Shown: positions 49,501-63,044, counted from the first letter of the whole stretch. The stretch: 63,927 nucleotides of DNA, filler included, from Choristocarpus tenellus KU-1152 (GCA_964200185.2; 11 parts of 11 records of this genome joined end to end with filler, not necessarily neighbours in it), one strand, 5' to 3'. Translations and numbers: made by a program. The notes: generated by a model not told the origin, from the letters alone.

Positions 49501-51770
49501 GTGCCTCGTTTCGGTGTTTGGTTGGGTTGGTTGCGTAGTTGGGCNNNNNNNNNNNNNNNNNNNNNNNNNNNNNNNNNNNNNNNNNNNNTTAATTAATTAA
49601 NNNNNNNNNNNNNNNNNNNNNNNNNNNNNNNNNNNNNNNNNNNNGAACCTCTCTCGGTACCAAGGTATAACGGTATATGGTATACGGCAATAACGGTACA
49701 ATAACAGACAAACATGCTTTCCACACATACACGTATGTACACATATTTTTAATTCATGAACGCATGTTACATTTCATATGATTTCCCTGACTATTTTCTA
49801 CTTTTTTATAATTTCTTTTCCTCTCTTTGTTGGATGGGGAGGGACTGTTGATACTTAACACATCTACAACATGTCCGAGGGCATAAATGATAATATAATG
49901 GTTTGGGGACTCCCATAATAAATAGTTTTTAGGGGAATTGAAACAAATCTAGATTGCGCATGGTTGAGGATACATGGTTCAATGGTTGATAGATCGCCTG
50001 AACTTAAAATGTGATGTTGAAGCGATACATACTTGGAATATATGGGCAGGAGAAGTTCGAAAATAGATGATAGTGTAGTTTTTGGCTTTCATATATTCAG
50101 TTTTCAACGATTCTCTTGTCACATAAAAATATATTTTTTTGTGACAAAATGAAGTACCACAAATAAAATAATAAAAATACCGAGGAAAATCATACCCATC
50201 ACACCCCTGATGTACCGTGAATGTACTCATCTGCATGTAAGCGAAATCACAATTAACAAAATAATTTCTTGTAGATGTAAGGAAATGAGGTCGGGATAAA
50301 TATTACATCAGATTTTGGGGTGATGTATGTATGGATGGATATATGGTGTTTTCTAGTTTTTTTTTTCATTTGGTGAAAATAATAATGAAGTTTTCTCATC
50401 GTCTTTCGCGTACGACAACACAAATTGTAACGTTAAGAGTAGGATGAAACAAACAATATATTGTTATGACTTCGACATTTTGCGGACCTATTGGACAAAT
50501 TGCATTTTCCTGGTCATGAATTTCCAGGGTTCCAAGGTTTGTTTGTAGATGTGTTCATAGTAGTTGCTTCAAGATATGTTTCGTTGTATTTTCCATAAAT
50601 CATAGATTGTTATAGTTTCCCTATTCTTTCTTGTTGAGGAGGTTGGCGATGATAGTACTCATTATGTTGTGTTACACTTAGTTAAATGATAGTGTTTAGT
50701 TCAAAAATATTTTCAAACATTTCTCTCCAGTTTGTCTTGTGAAATAAAGGTTAAGTTGCAAATAAGTGGTTGTAGTAGGTTGGGATCACTAGGTCGTGTT
50801 TCTAATACTCGAACCTCATTGGTAGGTATATAGTGGCTCGTGAAGATGATGATCCTACACATAAAATTAGATCCATCTCATGGTCTTCTCAACGTATTGG
50901 TGTCTCTTTGCGGAAGATATTGCTTGAGAGTAAGGTACAACGACTACAGAAAACTCTAATTTTTGATACTAGAGTTGTTTTTTCTAATTTCCGTGGTACA
51001 TCCATAGATTGTTGTTAGAAGCATCGACTTAACGCCAACCCTTACATGTTTTACTTAGGTTGGTCCCCCCGCTCAACTTGCTTCCTATTTCGAACCTATC
51101 CTCTCTCCTTCCACCCCTCATACATGTTTTTCCGTGGCCGTTTTGTCCACCAAGCACGGGTTGAGAACGAGGTTGGCCAAAGGAGACAAGTTGGCATGCA
51201 CCCCTCGAGAGAAAGATAAGGCGTGTGTGTGTTCTTTACTAGAACTCTTCCTGGTGTCTACCAGAGGTGGAGGGAAAGCGGCGACCCCCACAAGATTGTA
51301 GCGATTTGACACGCTTGAGGGCACTCGGTTAATATGTCGGTTGACCCCTATCTGTTGCTGCTGGGGGTCATCGCGATCACGACTTGCATCCTTCTGCTTG
51401 TAAGTTTGGTGTGACTTGTTTGTTCTCCACTACTAACCCCCAAGTTGCCCCTCCCTCCCTTCGTTTGTCCTTTAAGGATCCTTGCCCTTCAAGGGATATC
51501 GGAGACCCATTGTCTTGCTCTAGACAGTACATGCGTCGTGTTTTGTCGCACAGGGAACCCTGGTGTGTTAGCATGTAGTGTAATTGCCTACAGCATCCAT
51601 TCTGGTTAACTTTCTCTATTAGCTTCGATCGTGTGGGACGAGATTGTGTGAGCAGTGTGATCGTTGTTACTTTCACATCAACCCTCCCAAAACCATGTGA
51701 GTCATGGTAGCCTCGAGTCCAATGGGTTGTGGTCTATTAACGCGGGACAACAAACTCATCTTCCCTACAG

Positions 51771-52634
51771 ACTCGGAGTTTGTGCCATGACCCCGAACGG
51801 ATGCTCATCGAGGCACAAAGGGAACGGGAGCAGGAGGAGAGAGCTTTCGCAGCTATAATGGTGGCGCAAATGAATCCCCAGGAACTTCAAGCTTTTACAA
51901 CTGGGCAAGCTCCGGGTCTATTCGTTCGACGGGGGGGGGCTCTGGACTATCGGAGGGGGGAGAACGAGAGTAACAGAGGGGTCGATGAGGTAGGTGATAA
52001 ATTCTCTTTGAAAGAGGGAGAAGTTTTTTTTGACAAAGGGAAAAGACGTGCCTGACCCAGCTTAACTTTTGTATTTGTTTTTCAATTCACACTGGTTATG
52101 TTTGAAAACGGGAGATGATGAATAATAGACCTGACACTTCTGTGGTGTACACCTCATGTCATGGGCTTGGTAGTTGTGCTCACTGCTTGCTTTACCTAAC
52201 CCATAATTCTCGTGCTGACCCTACATTCGATTCGCCCTAATAGCATTCTATATTATGTGCTTCCTTAACAATCAGGTAACGAGATCGACATTTCTGAAGC
52301 TGGTTGCAGGTCCTGGCAATACAGCAATGATGAATATCTCGCCCACTGCGATCGGGCTTGTCTCAACCCCCAAATCAAAAACCACGAAAATGTTATCCAA
52401 CGAAAATAGTGACGATTTGCCTGAGAGAGGTGCATCGAGGCAATCCAGCTCAAGGCGGGTTTTGAGTGGCAATGGTGATGGTTATCTTCGTCCTTATTCA
52501 GACCAGTTCTGTGCAATTTGTCTAGAGGAATACACTGCTGGGGATCAGCTCTTGCAGCTGACATGTGCACACACATTCCATGCAGACTGTGTTGAACCGT
52601 GGTTGCAGGAGAACTGCTCCTGTCCCTGCTGCAG
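51771..52634 (+). CDS. RING-H2 (C3H2C3) E3 ubiquitin ligase, partial
   Basis: Exons 51771-51989 and 52276-52634, encoding CAICLEEYTAGDQLLQLTCAHTFHADCVEPWLQENCSCPCCR. A phase-2 acceptor near 53632 probably continues the gene. Confidence 0.88.
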
Positions 52635-53986
52635 GTGTGTGTGTGTGTGTGTGTGTATTGTATTGGTCGGGACAGCCTTGCAATTACCATATACACTCCC
52701 ATGGCAGTATCCTGAAGGGTTGGGAGTGGTGCGGTTGCTATTTGTGGATGACACAGAGCTTGCTATTGCCTCAGGGAGAAATAGGGCGGAGTGGAGTGGA
52801 CAAGTTTGTGCATTTGTTGTGGTTTGCCGGGGTGCTTTTGGCTTGTTTTGATGCCGAAAAACATGAACTATTTTTTCGTATCTGTTCAAGGTCCAGCTTT
52901 TACTGTGATTTAGATTTTTGTCCCTTCTATTCACGAAGTCATCAATCAACTCTCTTCAAACAACCCAAACTAGGAGACAACATCAGATATCTTGTTAATT
53001 TGTACTCTCCAGTAGAGTAGCGTTGCACCACTTTTCCTGATTCAGTTGAACTACTGACCCGTCCAAAAATGAAGAAACTTAGGTTTCACTCCAATATCCC
53101 GTGGTGGTCGTGGAGACCTTGATATTTAGTTTTGAATTGGTGCTGATCGTTTTGTCAGTCACATGCGACCAATTGCTGTATAGTTGTATTTGGAAAAATG
53201 ATGTATGTAGACTGATCATTCATTTTCTTGTACCTGTGCCTGAAGTGGGTATGTATTCCACTTCAAAAAGTATGGCTGGCACTTGATAAGAATTGACAAG
53301 AATCTGGTGAAATGGGACAGGAAAATGGAGTATTTTCTGTTCTGTATGTCAACCATGGTGTTGTTTTTTTTGTGAGCAAAGCGCATATTGAAGAGGAGCC
53401 TAGCTCCAAAATTTTCAGCCCCGGGTGAACTCTCGAATGAGCTGAGTTTGCCCGATGGCACTTGTACCCTGACAGGGCATGTGCTAGGACCTGAACTATT
53501 GATGGCATGCTGTTGGTCAGCGTCTGATTGTCTGTGGTGGTATATTGCAAATCCGTTCAATCCTCTACTCTAGAAGATGACATTAAGTGTGTCGGAAGTG
53601 TAAACTTCAGTCTGGTCTTCTCTTCTCTCAGATGCAGTATGAAGTGTACTGGGTTTGGTAGGAGGGAGGAGGGNNNNNNNNNNNNNNNNNNNNNNNNNNN
53701 NNNNNNNNNNNNNNNNNTTAATTAATTAANNNNNNNNNNNNNNNNNNNNNNNNNNNNNNNNNNNNNNNNNNNNGTAAAGGATGTGTTTGGGTTGGGTAGG
53801 GGGTTGTACACATACATGCATGGATATGTAGACAGACAGACAGACAGACACACACAGGGGTGAAGTTTACTTAATTATTTTTTTATGTGTAACCGAAAGT
53901 CAGAAACAAATTCCGATTTGGCGCTTGAGATTACTCTTTCAAGTACGTTGTGTATTGCACTGGGCACTACCGTAGGTTAGGTGTTC

Positions 53987-54046
53987 ATTGACCTTTATTG
54001 ACCTTTATTGACCTTTATTGACCTTTATTGAAATTTATTGACCCTC
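53987..54046. repeat. 10-bp tandem repeat (ATTGACCTTT) x about 6
   Basis: Read directly from the sequence. Confidence 0.93.
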
Positions 54047-54894
54047 GTGTTTCGAAGGCGTGTTGCCATATGGCAATAGTACGTTCACTAAAATTAAAAA
54101 ATAAACCAGGGCGCGTGCGTACTTGAGGTAAATTTAAAAGAATAAACGGCACACAACAAAAAAAGAAGAAATAAATAAATAAATAAATGCCGTGATGCAC
54201 AGAGGAGGGTCATTTCGAGATCTCATCATAGTGGTCAGCGGCACTGTGGGAGCAGAGAGCTTTCTGCCCCATGAGCACACTTACCTCCTGCACGTGCAAC
54301 TCTTCAGCATCCCTAAAAAAAAAAAATGCCCCCCCCCTGTCTCCTGTCTGTGCCTACAGGGATGTGAAAGTCTTAGCGTAATTGCAAGTACAAAAAAAAA
54401 AAATGACCAAGTATTAAAAAAAAGTAGATAACGATGCAGAGCGTAATTGCAAGCCATTTCTTGGTATGTGATTTGTTCTGACTGCATGTGCGACTATCAA
54501 CTGCTCTCGCTAGTACAACAGCAACTACTACACCAATACTTTCTTCCCTGGTATGTAAGGCTGAAACCAACTTGACAAGACATGCCTCCCCTGAAAAAAA
54601 AGCAAAAAGCAAAAGGGAGCTAGTTCCCTCCCCTAAAATGTACGCGTGGGAATGAGCGTCAGTTCTCTCTGCATCCCTTCGCACTCTACTCATGCTTGGG
54701 GTTAGGGCTACAGCACAAGAACAACAAATGCAAGGCAGAAAAAGAAAAGGATTACACACAACAAACCAACTCCTACCTGTTTCAAGAAAAATCTAGAACA
54801 AAAATCCACTACTGCTGTACGAACACATACACACACACACACACACACACAGACAAGGGCGGTGCAGGATAGAAAAAAAAAGACACCGCCTCAC

Positions 54895-56517
54895 CTCCTG
54901 TTCAGATAAAGGAGTATCATTGTCCTGCATATCCCTCTTGCGAATGTCGGTTGTGTTGCACCTCTCGTCTGTATCTGTACCCCCACCTACTGGTATTCCG
55001 GAGTTAGTGCTGCTGGATTCGTTTCCATTTGGTCTAGAATCTTCCTCGTTGCAAGCATCCTTGTGGCTCCTCTCCGGTGGTGTGCAATCGGTTTGGACTG
55101 GGGAAGGAAAGTCTCAAAGGGGGGATGCGGGTCGGTATGGGGAAAAGTCAAAAGTCAGCATTGGAGTTCAATTCCATGACTGAAACCATACATGAAGCAG
55201 GAAATAGGTGACAGTACAACTGGGCCTTGATCTCTTTTCGGTATGTTGGTCCCCTCCAGTACAGTAGTATTGCCAGGGTTAAGCCCTTGGTTTACTCCAA
55301 TGTGCTGGTGAGTTTCGGAAAACCTCAACTCTAAGCAACTTGGGAAAAAGGAAGAGTTCAAGAACTGTGCGAGACCACAGGCTTAATTCGTACTCAATAC
55401 TGATCACAAGAGATGTTATGGATATTTCCAATATCTTCTTTTGTCTCCCTCATAAACAAACTTGATCTCGAGGAGGACCCTTTCCTCCCTTTAAGCTCAC
55501 ACACGCACCTACTAACCCCGGTCGTCCTGGCCCACCGAAACCAGAGCTTCCAACCCCCTTCCGACTTATCCAAGGCAACCTACTAGCATCTTGTTGCATC
55601 ATCGCTCGAGACCTCGCGGCAGCATCACGTTCCCTCGTTTTGTCTGGGTCCTTCGGAGAGACAGGATGGGAAGAGTAGGGTTGAACCAAGAGAGTAAAAT
55701 GCATAAAAGTCAGAGAACCTTATCTAGCTAGAGAACCCCGTAACATGCCACCCTATTGTTGGAATGGGGTACTGCAGACGAAGGTCCACGAATTGAAGCA
55801 AAAAACATGGTGACTGGGGTAGCCGTATGGAGTCTCTGAATTCAATGTTCTTCACCTCTAGCCTCCCACCAGCGGCACGATGCCAGGGAAAAGTCATAAG
55901 CTGCCAGGGGTCATCCAATGCCAGTTGGTATACTTCTTCGTCGGTCTGGAGTAAAATGGTGAGCACCAGAAAGGTGGGACGATTTGTTATGTCTGGTTCA
56001 ACGTGCCCTGTCCATCACGCTAGTGCGGCATGTTAAGAGGTCGATGTTGCCGCAGAGACGAGAGCACAGTTCTGTTGTACTTTCTTCTTGGATAAATGGT
56101 ATTTCGTGGAGTATCGAAAGGGAAAATTGATAGAAAGGGTATCCACTGTGTCGAAGAAACATATCTTACTCCCTCCACTCCAGAAATGTTAACAAGAAAA
56201 AGACCCCATGCACTTGCCTTGCATTCAACATATCCCTCTGTCCGAAGCCAAGTAAAGAAGCCCTCCGGAGGGGACCATGGCGTCTCCTGGTCAGTTGAGT
56301 CGCAGTCAGGAGCTACGAGGTGCAGGTGCTCCACCCTACAGTAGAAGGTCCCCTTGCGTTGATGCTTACACTTGGTGCAGCTATTGCATTTGAAGTCACG
56401 TGGGATCTTCTTGCCCGGGATAAGCGTACGCCCTTCGCCTCTACTCCCAGTTCCGTCATCACTTTCACTGTCAACCCTGGTGTCCCAGCTGTCCCACAGG
56501 ACGAGTTCTGAACCCAT
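54895..56517 (-). CDS. Hypothetical multi-exon protein with a Cys/His cluster
   Basis: 56218-56517 encodes CNSCTKCKHQRKGTFYCRVEHLH. It joins in phase 0 (GC donor) to an exon starting at 55945 (TDEEVYQLALDDPW...). An acidic exon ends at GAG|GTGAG (54895). Internal structure is uncertain. Confidence 0.5.
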
Positions 56518-56888
56518 GGTTGCCCTTCCCCTTGCAATAAGTGATGGGTGATCTTGTGTTTGCGATAGGTGTGTGGGAGTGGGGAAACTAACTCAGTATG
56601 AAACAATACGAAAATAAAATACGACATATTCTATTGCTCACCATTCACTATTTTTTCTTCTACGGTACTAGTGGTTCTACCGTTGTCTTTTGTTACATCT
56701 TCCCAATGTATAGAGTACACGTAGTTACAACCTCAACACCTTTGCGGTGGAAAGTTTTGGGCGCCTCGGCAAGCAAGTGGGATGCTTCNNNNNNNNNNNN
56801 NNNNNNNNNNNNNNNNNNNNNNNNNNNNNNNNTTAATTAATTAANNNNNNNNNNNNNNNNNNNNNNNNNNNNNNNNNNNNNNNNNNNN

Positions 56889-59888
56889 GGGTCCTGCCCG
56901 TTTCCCTCCCCTGTGTAAAAAAAAGGCTCTGACCCAATTGGCCCCCCCTGTCCCCCCCCCCCTCCCCCCCCCCCCCCAACAGAAATTCCCACACCTCGTG
57001 ATGTAGTCGACATCGCAACAGCCTCAGTGGGGGGAGCAGTGCTATCAGTGCTACCAGAGCTCATTATAAGTCCCTTGACAACCGCAGCCTCCCCAGCCCT
57101 CCCTCCCTCCCCGACCTCAGCAAATGCACCATTATTTCCACCTTCCACAGCATTCACTGGTGCAGATGAGGATGGGTTCCTACCAGCGTTACTAGCAGAA
57201 AACACCTCCGATGCCCTTTCAACAACACCACCAGCCCCTCCAGCCTTGGCTCTGGACCCATGCTCACTACTACCATTGTCGAGCGTTGTCGCAAGATTAA
57301 GCTGCATGAGGTTCCCAGTAGTAAGGGGAGCTTCCTGCACTGCACCCTTTGCTTGCAATGGCGAAACGACCATTGCTGGAGCACTCAAGGTGTGAGAAGC
57401 TGCACCATGCGACAACTGTGTATGCGCAGTCCCTTTAGCAATCGGGGTGGCACTTCCGGCACCAATTGCTGCAGCACTAGGGGAAGCGATGGCAACCCCA
57501 GTGGAGTTGTGGGTTATTGGAGGGCGAGGAGGGTGGGGAAAATGTGAAACAACGTGATGAGGCAGTGAGTTTCCCGGCGTTGCAACAGGAGCATTAGCAG
57601 CGGAGGAAGGGGAGTGCGCTCCTGTGCGGTGGACATGGTGGTGGTGATGGGGGGGGGCACACTGCGTAGGGGTAGCACTGTTTCGGTAAGCGTGGGAGTG
57701 GACGTGGGAGGTCGCTGTGGCAGCTGCATCAGTGTCGAGGCTCATGGCCTTCCCAAAACGTAGAATTGACTTGGGGACATGGTTTAGCAGGGCCGCTAGC
57801 TCATCGCGATTTACGGTACCCTGGCCGTGAACATCATATATGTTGAAAATGAACTCCACCTGTGTGTTGTAGCCACCATAGTTCAGGTAAGTTTTTTTTG
57901 TAAAACCGATCGGAAAAAAAAAAGCATTAAAGAAAAGAAAAGAAAAGAAAAGAAAAGAAAAAATGCAGTGGGGAGATGCCTTGACCTTTGGTTCCACCTC
58001 TTTCAGTGTACGAACACGAGTAGCAGGTTGACATTGTGTACATCAGCATAGACTTGAGTGCAACACACAACATCAACAAGGCTCTACTCACACTTTCTCT
58101 GGAGCACAAAATCGACACCCCTCCTTGAATGTGTTGAGCTGTGTAAGACTAGGATAGTTGCTTGAGATACAAACCAAAATCGACCAAATGAAACTTGAAT
58201 ATTGAGCATTGTAGGAAAACAATAGGTTGAACCAAGAGCACATGAGTATTTAGTCCAGATACACACTTGAAAACAACCTTTTCACATACACCTATGTACA
58301 ATAAGGGTGTGGCAATGGCTTTCTCTTCCACACTCCCTAGAGGTACATTGCAGGTTGTGTGGCAGAAATTACTTCCATACCATGGCTCAATTCCCTGAAA
58401 TATCCGTGAAGAACGTGAACCCTCTGGTGTGTCAAGTTAAAATTCACATAACCAAAACGACTTAAGAATGGAAGGAGGGGTATGGAGGGACGGGGAATAG
58501 GGGGAGAGACATCCACTCAAAGGTTGTTGTCTGGGTGTGTACAATTTACGCTCTCAGTTGATCCACCGAGGGACTCCTCCAATTTCAATTGATTTCCTAG
58601 AAGGGTGATATGATTCATTTCACACCTTGTCCACATCTACAGCAGAATGACAAAAATGGGCACCTAGAAAGAGACAGCACAATAATACTCCTTACGAACA
58701 CAATGGAATACAAGAGCACACCTTCTCATCCCAGCTTCCTCGGCATGTAACAGCGAGCCCACACACAAACTCTTCATAGTCTATCTCCCCTGAACCCTTT
58801 TTGTCAAATACTGCAAAAAGGCGTTCTTCACTCAATGAGATGTTGGGGGTAGGAGAAACAAGGGTTGGGAACGGGGTAGGGAAGGTAAGAATAGTAACGG
58901 CAAGTGGAGTGATGGAACGAGCTTAAATGGAGGGAGGTTGTCTTTATCATTGCTTCCTCTGCCTAGACTGGTCACATGTTCTCTAGTTGCCGTAATCCAC
59001 CATAAATGATGTAGGGTCTCCTCCCGGTTAAGTCAAACATGCCATAGCTAGCCACAATTCATCTTCTCATACCAGGTCCGCGCTATCGAAACAAAGGGGA
59101 TGGGCAACAACAAAGAGCAACTGGCCAGTCCTATGCAGGCAAGACAGTTTTGCAACCTATACTACACAATGAGAGGGATAGGATGCAACTTCATACTCCC
59201 ACTGCTCCCAGAAATACTCTCCTACCACGCATTCCGACTCCACGATCCCAACAAATATACAGTGTCCCCACCTCCAAGAAGTCCTGGTAAGGGCAGATAT
59301 TGCAGGAAGGTCTCCTTATCGATGCGTGTAGACTGCCCATTGATATGGCAGAGATCTTTGAAGGTCTCTTTGATGACCTTAATCTCACAGTCATCGACTG
59401 AGGATGAGGAGCGAAACAACGAAGATTGGAATGAAGCTATGACTAGTTGTGACTAGTAAGAAATTGGTTTGGTTTTCCCATGGGGTAGCTTGTGTGCGCA
59501 TTTGTGTGAATGGGGACAGGAGTATCAGGGGACACGGTCACGTCTATTCACCAACTTGACAACGGCGAAAATGTTTTGGTCACTCCGAAAGCTAACGTAG
59601 ACTATCATTGCAAGTACTCTGGTCTATACTTTGTTGACATGCCCCGGAAAGGCTATTGGCAAGGTCACAGGGAGATACAGCTCCTTCAGTGCACAAGGTC
59701 AGTTTTTCCAAGGCTCAAGATAAGGCATTACGCCGGGCAGTTCAAAGTATTTAGTCTGCAAGGCGCTCTTTCTCTACGCTACTTTGGTCAACGATTGACT
59801 GGGTGAAAGCGGCATGGGAGAACTCACATCGCTCTGCAGCCCGTCTGGCCTCGCTGGCGAGCTCAAAGTTGCTGTTGTGCTGCCCCAT
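56889..59888 (-). CDS. CDPK7-like EF-hand protein (N-terminal part; kinase domain not in this contig)
   Basis: Exons 59828-59888 (MGQHNSNFELASEARRAAER), 59272-59397 (FDDCEIKVIKETFKDL...IDKETFLQYLPLPGLLG), 58722-58825 (ERLFAVFDKKGSGEIDYEEFVCGLAVTCRG) and 57859 downward (VEFIFNIYDVHGQGTVNRDEL, then His/Ala/Gly low complexity). Two EF-hand loops. Confidence 0.85.
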
Positions 59889-60825
59889 CGCTGCGGCAGT
59901 TTTGGGGGTCCAAGAGCATCTCCTGCCGTATACGCACTCAACTTCCCACTGAAAAGGCCAGGGGTCACAGCAACCCCCTCAGGCGCCTTCTCACCATGCG
60001 CTGTCGCCTTTAACACTACAAGCCTTACCTCAACCCCAATTTAATCGAGGCGAACTCGTCACTCAACCGAGTTCCAGGCTATTCTGGAACAGTCCTCTTC
60101 ACGATTTAATTAAAGAAACGAAAGGTACACAACCTCAAATTCCAAACGACCCGCCTCAACTATGTAAGGACATCACCACGAAGGTGACAAGAAACACCCT
60201 TCCCTACAGGCGAGAAGTTGAAAGTGTGTATTTAGGCGAGATGAAATAAACAAATCGGACTTACAGCCACACCTTCTCTTCCAACTTCCAACTAAGGCAC
60301 GAAAGTCCTCTCACAAAATAGATGTTCCACCCCCTTGTGCGTAATACACTTTGTTGGACAAATATAAATCCCACATTTTCAGTGACCTTTTCTAAGGTTA
60401 GGTAGGGTTCATTGTAAAAAACCGTATGATGTTAATATTTCCTTCAATCAGAATATATATATACATACATACGCAGACCTCACCTTATACTAATAAGAAG
60501 TTTTTCTGGGATAGGCACAATAATTTACACAATAGTAGTAGAATATTAGAACGTTGTCGAAAGGTTATCAAATTTTCTTAAACTATAGATTGGAGGAATC
60601 CATTGATCTTACACCCCTTCACTCCATCATACCAAATTTCTATTCAAGGAAATTTGATTTGGTTTGGATGTGTGTAGTTATGATATTGAGTTTACTTTTT
60701 CTGTGAAACGTCTATAAAGTGATATAAGGTATAATAAAATACTTTAGAGTCAGATTGACCAACAACTATATCACTATTATATTTTTATTATTATGCCGTC
60801 TGACATTTTGCAGATGTGTCAGGGG

Positions 60826-61319
60826 GAAACCAATAAAAACTATATACATATGTGTATATAAATCACTATCAATATCCACAAAAAAAAAGTGAGAAACCCC
60901 TAAACGAGGTTAAACTGAATGAGTCCAACTCTAGATTCAACGAAGGAGGTGGTGGGATGAGTCAATCCAACACGTCATTCTAAATATAACAAACACTAGC
61001 TACTATTGAAGGAGTAGTAGAATTTGTTGTTGTCCAAAAGTTTGTTTTTGTATTACTGTGTGACATGATAAAGTGGATATGAACTAGTACAACTACAAGA
61101 ATACCAGGTGTTTATTTGTAGTAAGAAATACTATTATATTACTATTTTAACTCTGGACATTTTGGAGATGTGTCGGAGGAAAAACCAATAAAAAACATAA
61201 AAGTTGAGGATGGAGCGTACTATTGAGGATGGTTTTGACCGAAACCACGCAATGTCTTACAGTATTCTTATGTTTAGGACATTTTATATACACATATGTA
61301 TATAGTTTTCATTGGTTTC
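60826..61319. repeat. 37-bp inverted repeat pair (fold-back / MITE-like, cut by contig end)
   Basis: 60826-60862 GAAACCAATAAAAACTATATACATATGTGTATATAAA versus its reverse complement at 61283-61319 (1 mismatch). There is also a direct repeat at 60802-60840 / 61156-61196. Confidence 0.75.
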
Positions 61320-61419
61320 NNNNNNNNNNNNNNNNNNNNNNNNNNNNNNNNNNNNNNNNNNNNTTAATTAATTAANNNNNNNNNNNNNNNNNNNNNNNNN
61401 NNNNNNNNNNNNNNNNNNN

Positions 61420-61439
61420 CCCCCCAGATGCTCTGGGTC
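61420..61439. mobile_element. MITE family B right TIR at contig start
   Basis: CCCCCCAGATGCTCTGGGTC. Confidence 0.55.
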
Positions 61440-62150
61440 CCATACTGCATATACACCCCACATACATGTTCCAAGCAGTGAGATTACAGTCAGGATGCGA
61501 TTGCATCAGTTTGCTGAGGAAGAATAAAGATAAGTACCACTTGACATAGCATCGCCGGTTGCTGTTTCTTTTTGTTAATACTGTTTCTTTTTATTATTTG
61601 GGGCACCAAGCATTGCCGTAAGAGTGTGCTAGGCACTGGAGCACTTCTATAAGGATTGGACTACATGAATAGAGCAGTGAGTTTGCTGACAACAATCAAA
61701 TACTGTGAGGGAGGATTTGAAGAGGAAAGACTAAGTCAGCACTCCACCAATTGAGTGGCATACATGCCACAGCTCCTCTTTGATTGCTCCAATCCAGTTC
61801 AAGGAGCTGCCCACATACCAACCCAAGCTTGTGACTCCTACACCCAACAATATTGCCCTGCTCTGGATATCAGCTGGGGCCTTGGTTTTTATAACGCCTT
61901 TTGGTGCACTTTGGTAGCTATAATGGTGTGTCCCCTTCTCAGATACATTACAAAAAAAACTGTCACAAATAAATAAACCACTCAGTAGCTCAACAAATCA
62001 GCACAGTAAGTAATCAGCAGATTACTTGCTGATCCTGTTACCCTCCTATTCATAACATACATTTGTGCATGTCTCATGATCAGATCGCATTGGAGACACT
62101 GCAATCAGCTTCTGCATCTCCATTGAATGTGTAGTGTTGGATCCCCCCAG

Positions 62151-62378
62151 GGTGGAGGAACCGATAGAATTAGGTGGAGGCAAGGGGAAGGGAAATGCTA
62201 AGAGTAAAAGCACCAAGCCTAACAAGGCGAAGGATAGCAAGACTAAAGACAAGGGCAAAGGTGCCCCATCAAAGGGTGCAAAGGGGAGTAAAGGAGATCA
62301 TCAAAGGGCACAAGGTCATACTGCTCCCGGGGAAGAAGATCAGAAGTTCCTTTATGAGGAGCTTGCAGGGAAGGAATG
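62151..62378 (+). CDS. Lys/Gly-rich internal exon of an unknown gene
   Basis: CCCCAG acceptor and TG|GTGAG donor, both phase 2. Encodes VEEPIELGGGKGKGNAKSKSTKPNKAKDSK...KFLYEELAGKEW. Confidence 0.6.
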
Positions 62379-62514
62379 GTGAGCATTTGTAGAGGTAGCA
62401 GTAGTAGTAGAACAATCTTCTTTTCCTGTTGTTTAGATTTTTCAGATGAGCTGTTTGAAACAGTTGGATGATGATAAAGATATATTTACATGTTGAAACT
62501 CAAGGATGACCTTT

Positions 62515-62679
62515 GACTGAAAGTATCTGGGGGAGGGGTGGCGGCTGTCCATTTGGGGCATATTTTTCCATGTCGCAATTTTTGGGGGATTTAGTTGCAT
62601 ACATCAGATGGATAATGTATGTTCGCTTTTCCTGGTTATGTCCCAAATGGACACCCTGGTGTAGACCCCCAACCCCCCC
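62515..62679. mobile_element. MITE family B (right TIR lost)
   Basis: GACTGAAAGTATCTGGGGAGGGGTGGCGGCTGTCCATTTGGGG...CCCAAATGGACACCCTGGTGTAGACCCCC. Confidence 0.88.
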
Positions 62680-62868
62680 GGTTAATTAGGTCCTTCTTAA
62701 TGTCAGACAGGGGTGCCAGGTACTGGTAGTGAAAGCTGGCAATGAATATTATCTCCTCCATGTAGATTAATTTATTATTCAAAAATCTTTTAAGGCCTTA
62801 GTGTGATGTTATGAATTCCTTGCAGGCTATTTTTGAACACCTCACCCCCCTTCCACCTCTGTCCACAT

Positions 62869-63044
62869 GGCTAAAGTATCTGAGGGGGGTGACGGATGTC
62901 CATTTGGGACCAATTTTTTCATATCGCGATTTTTGGTGATTTGGTTCCATACATTGGATGAATAAGTAAAGTGCGCTTTTCCTGGTTTTGGTTCAAATGG
63001 ACACTCTGGTGTAGACCCCCCCCCCTCCCTAGATACTTTGGGTC
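62869..63044. mobile_element. MITE family B, full length, TSD ACAT
   Basis: ACAT|GGCTAAAGTATCTGAGGGGG ... CCCTAGATACTTTGGGTC|ACAT. Confidence 0.92.

Noticed and set aside
52635-52851. C-terminal CVCVCVC extension of the RING ORF
   Set aside because: It is read-through into a (GT)n microsatellite at the start of the intron.
57860-57997. N-terminus of the 386-aa ORF (MEPKVK…FSFLFFSFLFF) as a signal or TM peptide
   Set aside because: It is an intronic (CTTTT)n tract. The real exon begins at 57859 and splices in phase to upstream EF-hand exons.
61600-61980. LINE 3' remnant or small membrane-protein ORF (61755-61976)
   Set aside because: The resemblance is too weak: no RT or endonuclease motif and no splice support.
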